Assembly (NCBI GenBank): GCA_001643675.2
Contig: LSRY02000050.1
Span: 248,001 to 312,000, forward strand
Origin: Monocercomonoides exilis PA203
Lineage: Eukaryota > Protista > Preaxostyla
DNA length: 64,000 nt
Direction of reading: 5' to 3'
The stretch's first letter is position 1. Each line of letters starts with the position of its first letter. Positions 14,727 through 26,960 of the stretch are shown here, in pieces. The notes beneath the pieces are model-generated. The model did not search any database. It saw only the letters and a list, made by a program, of their open reading frames with translations, and had not been told where the DNA came from. Position numbers and translations under genes: made by a program.

Positions 14727-16491
14727 ATGAGTGTGAATTGCTTTTTATGAAATGAAGCTTTTTGAAAGCTTATTTAAAATATAAATATTTTTTCAATTAT
14801 CTACTGCCGACAATTATTGATGCGAAATGAAAAGACGATTTGCCAAATGAACTGATAAATATGTTTGCATTTTTTAATTTTTGAACTGATGGGGTGAAAT
14901 TTTATGTTTGTTGAAAATGCTCCAAATGTGCACTTTCTTTTTTCGTTTTCGATGCTGTTTAAGGATTATGGAGAATTGTGATTACCACACGTTGCTTTCT
15001 CTTCAAAAAGTGAACAAGAAAATGAAAATGCTCGTTCAAAACGAAGTGTTTGCTTAAGACGCTATTCTATTTTTTGGCACTGAAAAAGATTATTTTTTAA
15101 AAAAAAAAACATTTTCAGGTTGTGGATGAATCAGTGCTCCTCTGAGCTGCAACATTTCAGAGAAATATTAGGGCTTAATTCAACAAAGATCCAACCGTTA
15201 TCTCTAAATGATTGTGGTTTTCGTCCAAGCAAAGAAAGCTTAGTTAAATATGGATTAAGCAAGAAAGGATGGAAAAGAACTTTTTTGTGTGAAAGAATTT
15301 ATTTGCATTTTCCGTAAATAAATAATTCTCATTCAACTTATTTTTTTTGCTGCACATTCATTGATCTTTTGAGCAGGGCCTATTTGAAAACAGTCAATTC
15401 GATTCAAATCAGAAAATCTCAGCTAGAAAGAAAAGCAAAGCAGAAATATAATCAATCGATGATTCTTTGGGGAGTTTTATTTGTTGTTCTTTTCCTTGTT
15501 GTGGGACTTGTTATTGCTGGGGGAATCATGATTCCGTTTGCTGCTGAAGCTTTGGAGAAAGGAAATCGGCCCAATTGCTTGGTGTCTTTTACATTTTGTG
15601 GCATTGCTTTCAGCATTGGAATTGTTGCTGCTTCATTTTATCTTGCTTTTCTTTCATCAGAATGGGAATTCTTAATCTTCTTGTTTCTTACGTGTTTTCT
15701 CATTCCTCCTGCATTGTGGTTGGATGGCGTCATGAAGATAAGCTTCTCTGTTCCTCTTATTCCTTATGAAATCGTGTATTTATTTCTAATTGTGTCGATT
15801 AACATAATCTTGAATAAATATCCTCTTTGCAAAAAGCTTGGAACTTTTTTGGCTATTCTGAGCTCGTTAGCTTCTTTCTTGTTGGTCGTGCTCAAAGCTG
15901 ATGGTATTAGATTTTCATTTTGTTTTGTCACTAAATAATTTTTTTTCTTTTTCTTTTTCTTTTTCTTTTTTTTTCTCTCTCTTTTTCTTTTCTTTTCTTT
16001 TTCTTTTTCTTTGTAAAATGAAAATTCTTATTAATTTTTCCACTCACTATTGATTATTCTTTTTTCCTTGTTCTTTATCTCTATTTTTGTGTTTATTAGG
16101 CATTGCATCGTATTGCTGGACAATCACATTGATTCCTACGTATTTGGCATATTGGCTTGTTAGTAGCTATATTTATGATGATATTTCTTTTCAGACAAGC
16201 AAAACTTATCAACCGATAATTTTTACTTGCCTCATTTTTGTTTTTCTGCTTTTGCTGCTCCTTCTTCCCGCCCTCAGAATGGACGGATTCGTGAAAGGGC
16301 ATTTTTGCTTTTATTTTATTCCGATGTATTTGTGCTTCTTGCTGGGATTCTTAAAGTTCTGCAGAGATACGCCTTCATTTTGGAGTGATGCAGATAGTAG
16401 ATCAGTCAAAAGAATGAATAAATTTAAAGCAGAAATGCCAATTCACGAGGCAGCTGAAAATGAAGCATCTCTTTTGAGAAATTTGAAGTGA
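14727..16491 (+). CDS. F-box domain plus TMEM185/TMEM60-like multipass membrane protein. Exons 14727-14730 (tentative), 14835-14862, 14964-15047, 15119-15313, 15377-15903, 16100-16491
   Basis: Phase-consistent GT-AG splicing gives MNDLPNELINMIMENCDYHTLLSLQKVNKKMKMLVQNEVLWMNQC...WKRTF..R (F-box). This is followed by ~7-8 hydrophobic helices with three L(W/K/R)xDG...(L/F)IP repeats typical of Tmemb_185A. Confidence 0.8.
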
Positions 16492-17137
16492 AAGCTTCGT
16501 TTTGAATTATTGTTTCGGTTAGAATTCATTCAACAAAAACTTGTTTTGCAGTTGCTAGTTTAACATTTATGGAATTTGCTTTGTAGTTTTTATTTTATTG
16601 AACATCATACTTATATTTTTATTTTTCCGTTTTGAAAGCTTGAAAATATGACGTAGCTAATAATTCAAAATTATATGGTTTATGAACCAGATTTTCAATT
16701 CAGAAAGCTCGAACAAAGAATTTCAATCAAAATAACGAAGAATGGTTGTTTGCTTGGAAAAAAAAAGATAATTTTTTTGAAAAGTAACAAATTGTCAAAT
16801 TTTTTTTTGTGAAATTCATTTTGTTTAATTTTCAAGTGAAAACAAAAATTTAATTATCTATCACATTTTCATTCCAACTCACCTAATTTCACCATCATGG
16901 AAATAACAACATTTTCAAGCAGTTGTTATTATTCTGATGATTTTTGTGAGTTGGAATGAAAATTTGAAGAAAATTGTTTGCATTTATTTTCACCTGAAAA
17001 TTAAACAAAATGAATTTTTCAAAATAAAAAAATAAAAAAATAAAAAAATAAAAAAATAAAAAAATAAAAAAATAAAAAAATAAAAAATAAAAGAATAACA
17101 ACAAATAAAAATGAAAAATAATAAAAAAAAAATTAAA

Positions 17138-17587
17138 CAGTCTCAACCGGATATTATCACATCGGTTTTTGCACAACTTTTTGTAACTCTGTCCGATTGT
17201 GATTATTCAAGATGTTGCTTTTCATAGAAGAAAATGTAAATTAATTAAATAATAAAAAAATTTTGAGTCAAATTTTTAATTTTTGAAAATTCTTCACAAA
17301 TACACATTTTTCAATAAAAATAACAATTATTATTATTAACACACATTATTTTGACTTATTTGAGCACATCTTCAAAAAGGCGAAAATTTGAAATTATTGA
17401 TCAAAAAATCGATTTTTCATTGAAAAAAGCACCCATAATAATAATAAATGTGATTATAAATATTTAGCCCTGTGATTATATGAGATGAAAAATGAATGAA
17501 AAACACACAAAAAATATCGATGCATCGAAAAATATGACAATATACCAATGTGATTATATTCGACATGATCATATCCGGTTTAGACTG
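17138..17587. mobile_element. pogo-like MITE (~450 bp)
   Basis: Left end CAGTCTCAACCGGATATTATCACATCGG; right end reverse-complement CAGTCTAAACCGGATATGATCATGTCG. Internal TGTGATTATA subrepeats. Flanks are AA/AA rather than TA. Confidence 0.65.
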
Positions 17588-17858
17588 AATATTAAAAATA
17601 AATAAATAAATAAATAATAAAAATAAAAAGAGAAAGAGAGAGAATTTGTTATTTTTCAAAAAAAATTCACTCGATTTCAAGTTTCATTTTTTTATGTTTT
17701 TTTTTCATTTCCAGAAAAAATTGTCAAGCTTTCATGATAAAATATTTATTTTTCATATTTTTGTTTGACTGTTATAACTATATAATCTTCAGATTCATAA
17801 TTAAAAAAAATGCTCATGATTTTTTTATTCTAATGGAAAAGGCAAAATGTTCGAAATA

Positions 17859-18110
17859 CAGCTTGTGCAAAAATAACCGGACAAGATCGATATCTCAATA
17901 ACCGCTCAAAGAGAAAATCTGATTAACTCAAAATTCTATTTCACCGAGATTTCGATATATATTTTTTCTGAGCTCAAGCGAAGCTGTCCTGAAAGTCTTG
18001 TATGTCACGTGAGTTTGTATTGTTAAGATATAAAGAGGAATATTATCAGATTTTCTCTTTGAGCGGTTATTGAGAAAACAATCTTGTCCGGTATTTTTTT
18101 TCACAAACTG
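17859..18110. mobile_element. Tc1/mariner-type MITE (252 bp)
   Basis: TA|CAGCTTGTGCAAAAATAACCGGACAAGAT...ATCTTGTCCGGTATTTTTTTTCACAAACTG|TA. ~65-bp TIRs containing an exact CTCAATAACCGCTCAAAGAGAAAATCTGAT match. Confidence 0.85.
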
Positions 18111-18313
18111 TAATGGAGCAATCGACACCAAAAAATTTTTAACAATTACCTTTTTTTAACAATGAAAATTATAAATATTTCAATAATAGATAAATATACA
18201 GGGAAATTAAAAACGATAATATTTTATTCAAAACACGAACAAAAACGAAATTTTTTATTTTTTTGGAATGCAGATTAATTTTTTTTTTTGAAAAAAACAA
18301 TAATAATAAATAT

Positions 18314-18519
18314 GGCTGATCCTTTTTGAAATCACACTTTAATTCTTGTTTTGATCAAACTTTTTATCTCAATGCTGTTTTATCAAAAATTATCAATATT
18401 TGTTCATCCACACATCTTATGTCGATATTGAAAATGATAGAAAATTTTTCGATAATCCCATTGAGATAAAAATCTTGATCAAAACTCAAACAAAAGTCTG
18501 ATTTCAAAAAGGATCAGCC
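18314..18519. mobile_element. MITE with GGCTGATCCTTTTTGAAATCA termini (206 bp)
   Basis: ~60-bp inverted arms flanked by AT on both sides. A partial copy of the TIR lies at ~22509. Confidence 0.8.
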
Positions 18520-18525
18520 ATTCAT

Positions 18526-19773
18526 TATTAATTATTCAAAAAGGGTAAACTTCTAATTAGAAATTTATAAAATGTGTCATTCTTTTTGAAAAGTCGCTAA
18601 TGTTATATTTTTGTGTGTTAATAAAATTGAACATTTTTTAACCAATTTTGACTTTAAATACTGAAATCTTAATAACATATAGAATCTGAATTCACAAGAA
18701 TATCTGATGTGAGAAAAAGAGCATGCTTGAGAAATCTGATTGATTTAATGCAAAAAAATGATCAAATAATGAACATTTTTATTCTACTCAAAAATTTAAC
18801 ATTTACGACTTTTCAAAAAGAATGACACAAATTGATATTTTTTAAAAGAAATTCTTTGTGAAAAATTGGTTTTTGGCTGAGTATCGGAAAGTGCAAAAAA
18901 ATAATAGAATTTTTCATTATAAATAAAAGGATGAGAATTTGACCCCGCTTTTTATTATTTGTGAAATAACATAAAATTTCTGATTTTTCAGAAAAAAGTC
19001 ATCATCCTTGAAATCGGATAATTTTCAAATGAATTCATTTCATATTCAAAGATTATCAATAATGTGATCAACAAATGTAATTTATTTTAAAAGTTTATTC
19101 AGATGAATAACAAAAAGCAATTGAAGAATTTTGAAGATTCATTAACAGATTTGCACAATTGTGAAAAATATTGGTTTTTTGTTTGAAAAATTGAAACAAA
19201 TAGTTTTTCTTATTTATATGTGGGAAAATACGAACTTTCAAGCTTTTTTTGCACAAGGCATAGAAAAATTGCTTCACTCATAACATTATTTAACTTTATC
19301 AAATTTTGAAATTAATTTGATTTTCATATCTGTTAACATGGCATCATTGAAATCAAAACAAAAAGTTATCCAACATTTCACAAAATTCAAAAAATGGACC
19401 CTTTTTTATTGTGTTCTTTGATCTTAAAAAGTCAATGAAAAGTGCATAATTTTTCAATGAAAATGCCTGAAGTCAAATATTCTGTCCCATATGATGTGAA
19501 ATCTAACAATGTTTGGTGCATTCATTTGAAAATTATCCGATTTCAAGGATGATGGCTTTTTTCTGAAAAATCAGATAGTTTAATGCTTTTTTATAAATAA
19601 TAAAAATCACTGTTCAATTTCAAATCCTTTTTATCAATAATGAAATAATAAAATATTTTTTTAACTTTCAGATTCTCAGCCAAAAACAAATTTTTCACAA
19701 AAGATTTCAATTAAAATAACACTCATATTATTATATTTCGAATTAGAAGTTTACCAAAATCGAATAATTAATA
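18526..19773. mobile_element. Long foldback/MITE-like element with >200-bp inverted arms, interrupted by a nested MITE
   Basis: 18526-18570 pairs with 19729-19773, and 18849-19035 pairs with 19521-19707 (e.g. CATCATCCTTGAAATCGGATAATTTTCAAATGAA). CAT flanks both ends. Confidence 0.8.
18574..18828. mobile_element. Nested MITE (255 bp), perfect 23-bp TIR, AAAT direct repeat
   Basis: AAAT|GTGTCATTCTTTTTGAAAAGTCG...CGACTTTTCAAAAAGAATGACAC|AAAT. Confidence 0.85.
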
Positions 19774-19917
19774 CATCAATTTTCATAATAAAAAGGTGAA
19801 TAGTCATTTTGTGTAAAGAAAAACAAAAGAACAAATTGAAAAAAAATTAGTGAATGAATAAAATAATAAAATAATGAAACATAACAAACAGGATGCATGG
19901 ATGAAATCTATATATAT

Positions 19918-20177
19918 GGGTGATTATTTTTGACATCATAACTTTTTTTGGTTTGTTGTTTTTTCAAAGATTGATTGTTTTCCTTCAGTAATTATGAATT
20001 CGAAATAGAAAAAAAAATGATATTTGTTTTTCAAAACAAACGTTTTTGCTGAATAAAAAAACAAGAAAGAAAAAAAATCAGCTTTTTCACAATTCATAGT
20101 TCATTGGTTAATATTCAAGAGAAATGTGCAAACCGAAATTTTTGACAGAAAAAATATGATATCATAAATAATCACCC
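19918..20177. mobile_element. MITE with GGGTGATTATTT termini (260 bp)
   Basis: ATAT|GGGTGATTATTTTTGACATCATA...TATGATATCATAAATAATCACCC|ATAT. Confidence 0.75.
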
Positions 20178-20809
20178 ATATTCATATATATTAATACAAA
20201 TAATTTTTTAAAATGAATCCGTTATTTGTAGCAAAATTCTTCCATTTATGAAAAATACAACATTTTGTTTCATTCTTTTTCCACAACCTTTTCATGAGAA
20301 ATCTTTCATTCTCGTGTTAAAAAAACAGAGGAAAAATTTCAAAATTTCAAAATTTATTAAATGTGCAGAATGTTACAAAATGAAAAAGCGAAAAATAATA
20401 TCACATATGTAATATTTTCTTCACAGCAATTCAATTATCCTGCTTTCCTGTTTCTCGTCCACCAAACCTCATTTTCAAAACGCAACAAACATTCACACAC
20501 ATATATAAAAGATAAAACTTGAATCACAATTGTGGAGAATTCGAAGAATTTTCAAATATTTTCCATTTCGAATCGACTGTGGGTTTGATCGTCACAAACA
20601 AAAGATTTGTGCTTCTGGTGTTGCACAGCGGGACTTCTTGGCTTTGTTGCACTTCGCTTTTTGCGCCAGCTTGTATACAGCGGAACCTTTAAAACTGCTT
20701 GTGAAACCTTTTGTTTTGCGAAATCATCAACAATGTTTGATATTTTTTGTGTTTTTTTCGTTGAATATGAAGTTTTGCGTCAAATAAACATTTGCATACA
20801 ACGAGCAGA

Positions 20810-22255
20810 ATGGATGTGTGTAATGCATGCAAATCGAATGATGATGCTGAAGAGCCGTCCCTTGCAGAGAAATTTATGAGTTTGCATAAATTGTGTATTT
20901 TCAAAGATCTCGTGTTTTATGATTTTTGATGCTCGGGGAAGAATTGCTTGATCAGTTAGAGCATTGCAATGAAGAAGAACAGAAACAGAAAATCCTTGAG
21001 CTGAAAGGGATATTGGAGGAAATGAACAAAAAAGAACTTCAGTCTATTTCATCGATTAAAATATTCAACAAGATGAACAAGATGATTGAAGAAAAGAAGA
21101 TGCAATCGGAAAATGCAATTTTGCTGCTGAAACATGTTGGATATTGCAATATGCTGAAAAATGTTTGGAATCCATGCTTTGATTCGTCTTCGCTAGGCGA
21201 TAGATTTAAGAAGACGATAATTGAAGAAGAAAAGAAAAAAGAAAGAAAGAACGAAAAGCTTTTTGTTGATCTTTGCGAATGTTTTGTTTTTCTGAATGGT
21301 TGCATAAATTCGAAAATGCTTTGCGTATGCGTGCCTTGCCTCCTGAAAGTTGCATCTGTCAAAGAGGAAAGCGAGGAGACTCAGAAAGAAGTGGAAATGG
21401 CTTTGCTGACTTTGAGCAGAATGGGATATTGTGTATGAGCACTTCTTTTTCATTTTTATTATGTTTGCTTTTTTCCCCCTCATTTCTTATTAGTTGATCG
21501 AACGAGAACTGTATTTGAAGAAAATTACAGAAATCATCAAACATCAGCAGAAACAAAGAAATCTCACAAAACTTGCCTATCAGTCTGCATGGGACTTTTT
21601 GATTTACCGATTTTGGGTTGATAATAGCTTGGAAGAAGTTATTGTGAATGAGCTGCATTTTTCGAGAGAGGCAGCAAGAGAACTGGAAGAGCTGACAAAG
21701 TGCGTGAATTGGAAGAAGAAAGAAGAGGAAATGAACAAAGAAGAAGCAAAAGAAGAATTTGCATTAGTGAGATGGCTGCAAACATCGAACATTTATTTTC
21801 TCAGTTGTCGATTGCAGAATGAAGAATATGTTGAACTGATAGGAAGCATTGTTCAGGTATATCGAGCAGCAAAAGGGAATTATGGAGTAATTAGCAATCA
21901 ATGCATTTATCCCTTGAAAATTGCAGCAGAAAGGAGAGATGTGAGAGTTGAAGACTTGTTGAATGGAGGAGCTGTTGATACTGTTTTGGAGGGGATGCAG
22001 CAACCAACGTTGGATGACAATGTGATGAGAAATTGCTTGTATTTCTTTTTGAATGTTTCAAAAAGATTGAAAAGGAAGACAGATGATGAATTGGAAGTAA
22101 AAGGAAAAGAGTTGAACAGGAAGGTTTTTGAAAAGCTGGAGGAAGAAGGATACGAAGATGTTATAACCAGCTTTCATAAAATATTTGATTATCTCAATAA
22201 AAAATATTATGATGATTTATCTTTGAGTATTTCAGATTATCTTGTGAATGTTTGA
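20810..22255 (+). CDS. Family A copy A2, intact (~440 aa). Exons 20810-20879, 20942-21432, 21494-22255
   Basis: Phase-consistent GT-AG introns, no internal stops, family motifs throughout, no signal peptide. Confidence 0.85.
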
Positions 22256-22772
22256 GGAAATTCATTGTATTTTGTAACTCTTTGTTTTCAATTTTCTATT
22301 TTTTTATCATTTCACAAAAAGAAAAAAAATGTTGAATTTTTGTTATTGTTTTTATTTCGTTTTTACAAAAAAGAAAAGGAAAAGAAAAGAAAAATTAAGC
22401 GAAGTTCAAAAGGAAAGGAAGAAAATCAATTAAATAATAAAATAAGAGATGTGACATTTTTGAATTAATATTTTCTCATAAAGATCTTTCAATCAAATTT
22501 GATAATGTGGCTGGTCCTTTTTGAAATCATTCATTCGATCGAGATCAGTTAACAATATTTACCTCAACAGGGGAACAAAAATCAATTCGGTTTTGAATGA
22601 ATACTTAAATTGAAAGAATTCATAAGTGTTTTGAGCTTTTTTTTCTGTTTCATTTTGAAGTTTTGAAAAATAGTCTTTTCAGCAAAATATCTCATTTGTT
22701 TTCTTTTTAGTGAAATGATAAAAAAAGAGAAAGTGAAATTGTGAGTCATGAAATTCTAAGCACCTCATTTCC

Positions 22773-24220
22773 TCAAATATTCACAAGATAATCAGAAATT
22801 TTCAACGATAGTTCATAATAATATCGTCTGTTTAAAATCTTTAAAGTTTCATGAAAGGTTATGATGGTATCTTCGTATCCTTCTTCTTCCATCTTATCAA
22901 AAATCTTCCTTTTCGTTGTCTTTCTTTCCTCTTCTTCCATTTTATTATCCTCCTTTTCTTTCAATTTTATTGAAACATTCTTAAAGAATTCAAAGCAGTC
23001 AGACGTCATTTCTTCTTCTATAATTGGCCGCTGCATCTCCTCCAAAACAGCTTCCACAGCTCCTCCTTTCAATAAATCTTCAACTTTCACATCTTTATTT
23101 TTTGCTGCGTTTCTCAAGGAGGAAATGCACCGATAGCTAATAATGCTGTAATCATCCTTCGCTGCTAGATATACATAAGAAATGCTGCTGAAAAGGACAA
23201 CATATTCTTCATTCTGCAATGAACAATAGCGTAAACAAATCGAGAATGTTTCAATCCATCTTTTGATTATCAGCACTTCATTCGCTTCTTCTTTGCTCAT
23301 TTCCTCTTCTTTCTTCTTCCAATTCACGCACTTTGTCAGCTCTTCTAGTTCTCCTGTCGCTTCTCTTCCAAAATGCAGCTCATTTGAAACTGTATCTTCC
23401 AAATTTCTGTCTTTGATAAATCTGTATATTAAAAACCTCCAAGCGCATTGATAGGCAAATCTTGTTAGATTATGACGGGACTGATGATATTGGATGATTT
23501 CAGTTATTTCCTTCAAATATAGTTCTTGTTTCAGATTCTATCAAAAATAAAGTGAAAAAAGCAAACATAATAAAAATGAAAAAGAAGTGCTCATACACAA
23601 TATCCTATTTCGCTCAAAGCCAGCAAAACCATTTCCTTTTCTTTTCGAGTCTCCTCGCTTTCCTCTTTCTTTAAGGCAAATTTCAACAGGCAGGACAAAC
23701 AAATCGAAAGCAATTCGTGTGTGAAGCTGCAGCTTAGAAAAATATAGCATTCGCAAAGATCAATCAAAAGCCCTTTGTTCTTTTCTTCTTTTTTCTTTTC
23801 TTCTTCAATTACCATCTTCTTAAATTTTTCGCCCAGAGAAGAAAAGTCAAAGCATGGATTCCACACGTTTTTCAGCACCTTGCAATATCCAACATGTTTC
23901 AGCAGCAAAATTGCATTTTCCATTGTCATTTTCTTTTCTTCAATCATTTTGAATATTTTATCATACAATTCTGTGTTGAAAACTGATTTGAATTCTTCTT
24001 TATTCACTCCATCAACTATTTTATTCATTTCTTCTTTTTTCTTTCTCTGCACATCTTCATTGCAATGCTCCAGTTCACAAAACAATTCTTCAATAAATTT
24101 ATTTATGATGGAAAGCGCTGAACACTCAAAAAATAGTAAAATGAACAAACTTGAAAACTTATCTTCAAGAGACGGCTCCTGGATATCATCATTGGATTTG
24201 TCTTCATCACATATTTCCAT
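22773..24220 (-). CDS. Family A copy A3, intact. Exons 24220-24151, 24087-23597, 23537-22773
   Basis: Same exon sizes (70 and 491 nt) as A2; convergent with A2. Confidence 0.85.
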
Positions 24221-26799
24221 TCTGCTTATTGTATTCAAAGATCAATGTTCAACAAAGCATCACATTCAATGAAAATATTACAAAAACAACAAATGTTGTT
24301 GATAATTGACAAAATAAAAATATAATTGTCGAACTCAATTCCTTTGCTCAGTAAAAATCTGCGTCAAAAAAGAAATCACAAAGAAGCTGCAATATTGTTC
24401 GTATTTAGCCAAATACGAAAGAGTTTATTTTCTGTCTGATCGAACCAACAATAATTCATTTCATTAAAATGGATTGAATTTCGATGAAATATTGAACATA
24501 TTGGGATATGTACCACATATAGTCGATATTAAATATCAAATTTTTTCTATTTTAACATTCTGAGCAATATGAAGAAGAAGAGAAAAGACTTTGAAAAGAT
24601 CTTTTCGAAGAGGAGACTAAAAAGCAACAATTTGTTCATTAATGTGTGCATTTGAACATTGTTGCAAATTAAAATTCAAACATAAATATTGCACTTATTT
24701 CCCTCACATTAAGAGTTATCTGGAAGCTTTCCTTGTCAGAAATGATTTTTTCTGTTATTTCAGAGTGTTTGCTTGTTTCCGTGAATGTTTCAAATTTGAA
24801 GTGTTGAGAAACGTTTTGAGATATCGGGATGATTTTGTTATTTGTTCGTGACTTGAGTGGGCCATCCAGGCTGAAGGAAGATTGATGGAGGGAATCAAGC
24901 TTTCAACAATTCGCAGTTTTTTTGATGATTGGGCGAATGATAATTGAACGCATGAGAGAATTTATCAAGGCAACAATGGACAGAATTGTTAATTGAGCAT
25001 TGAAAGAGATTCTATTCCAAAAGATTTTGAGGCTGAGAGAAGATGAACAAAGTCGAGATGGCGAAGAAAGATTAATGCAATATGCGGAACCAAACACATG
25101 CAGAATTTTGAATTCATTTCAACACATTTATCGTTTGATGGTGATTTCCTTTAAACGTGTATTTTTCCTTCAAGCTGCTTGTTGCATTTTGTTGAAAGTC
25201 ATCATTTTGGATTGTTTTGATGGCCATTGTTGATTCACCGATTTCAGTGTGGATTTCGAGGCAAACCTTGAAGCCACATTGAAGAAGAAGAAACGAATCA
25301 AAAAGACAGAACAGATAGCGATAGAAATGTTTGATTTAATTAAGGTGTGTTATCCAATTTATTGTTGCATTTGCAATGTTTTTTTTTTTGAAAAATCAAC
25401 AAAAGAAAAAGAAAGAAAGAAAGAGATCATCAAAAATAAAAATAAGTGAAACATTTTTTGCAATGATAATTTCTAATTTTTTCCTTTCTATTCTATCTCT
25501 TTTTTTCTTTCACTTTTAGTGTTTCACAGAAGTTCTTTTGACTTTTGCTAATAAAAAATAAATGGTTGGGAAGAAATGATTAAAGGCAGACTGCTTCAAT
25601 CAGAGAGGCGAGAAGACGAGCATTTTTTTGAAAAATGGTATTGCCTCATTTGGAACTTCATATTCTTCTTTTTCTTTGTGTTCTTTTCTTTGATAATTAA
25701 TTGGTTAATTTTGCGAATTTTTAAAATATATTTCACTCAAAAACGGATTGGTCTTGCAGATCCTTATCAATTCAATGTCAGCAACTTGCAATAACTTGTG
25801 AAAGCACTCACCATCGTCGTATTTGTTGGCCTGTGCTTTTTTTGACAGCATCTGCTATTGAATGTGTCTTTCTTGTTTCTTTCCATCAAAATCGTAGCAT
25901 CGCTCAGAACAATGCTGAACAGCAGCTGGATGGAGAGAAGACGCATTAGCAGAATGGAAATGCTGCTGCATTCAGCTGAGTCTGCTTGCAGATGCGAAGG
26001 GGAAGAAGAAGAAGAAGGGGAAGAAGAGGTCAGAGTTATCAGTCCGTTTGAAGAGGAAGTGAAGGAAGTGAAGGAAAGAGATGAAAAGAAATGAAGAGGA
26101 AATGTTGAAAAAGAAAGAGAAGACGAAAAAGATGAGAAAGAAAGAATGAATGAAAGTGAGAAAGAAAGATGAGGAATGTTTGAATGAATATGAAAAAAAC
26201 ACGATGGAAGAAACAATTAATAATACTTTTCAATAGAAGAGCAGAAATGCCATCTGGATGGGGAAAACAATAGATTTCATTCAAAAGGGGAAGGAAAGGC
26301 TTGTCAAAAAGAGTGAAAGAAATGAAAGGAAGAATCTGGAAATGATTCGTTTTTATGGAGAATTAGGTGAAAAGAGGAATATTACTTGCTAATTTCAAAT
26401 TATTTTAAGACAAAAATCCTGCTTTTCATTTGAAAAAGAAAAATCTTCTCTTTTTGTTTCATTTCTGTTCTTTTTTTCTCCAGTTAACAGCAATTAAATA
26501 AAAATTTATTCTTTCACTGATTTTTTTCAAAAAGTCTTTCATAGAACTTCTTTAAAAAAACTCCAAAACGAAGGAATGACTATTAAATGCTGGCTCACAG
26601 CATTAACATTGAACTACAACAACAAAAAAACAAAAACAAAGATAATTATCTCAATTTTTCAATTTTCTCAATTCAAACTGCTTAAAAACTCATTCAAAAA
26701 AAAGGAAGAAAAGAAAGGAAAGGAAAGATAATTTTTCTTTCATTGCATAAATGAAAATACAATGCTCTTATTCATTTTTTTGGATTTAATACAAAATTG

Positions 26800-26813
26800 A
26801 AAAAAAATAAAAA
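26800..26813 (-). terminator. Pol III oligo(T) terminator of the 5S gene
   Basis: T5-A-T8 run beginning at the 5S 3' end. Confidence 0.75.
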
Positions 26814-26929
26814 GCTATAGCACTGGGTTTTTCCAGGCGGTAACCCATCCAAGTACTAACCCAGCGTTGGCCGCTTTACTTCGGAGGTCTGAAGGGATCC
26901 GGTGCGTATGACCAACTATGGCCGTAGCT
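26812..26929 (-). rRNA. 5S rRNA (single dispersed copy)
   Basis: Reverse complement reads AGCTACGGCCATAG...GCACCGGATCCCTTCAGACCTCCGAAGTAAAGC...GTTAGTACTTGGATGGGTTACCGCCTGGAAAAACCCAGTGCTATAGCT, followed by a T-run. Confidence 0.95.
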
Positions 26930-26953
26930 CACATATGCTTCCTCAAACTTCCC

Positions 26954-26960
26954 TTTTATA
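26954..26960 (-). promoter_or_regulatory. TATA-like box about 25-31 nt upstream of the 5S gene
   Basis: TATAAAA on the minus strand at the canonical distance. Confidence 0.55.

Noticed and set aside
20530-20879. Upstream ORFs (MWRIRRIFK...) conserved with 54070-54492
   Set aside because: The conservation comes from the recent duplication. The copies differ by a frameshift and use non-ATG starts.
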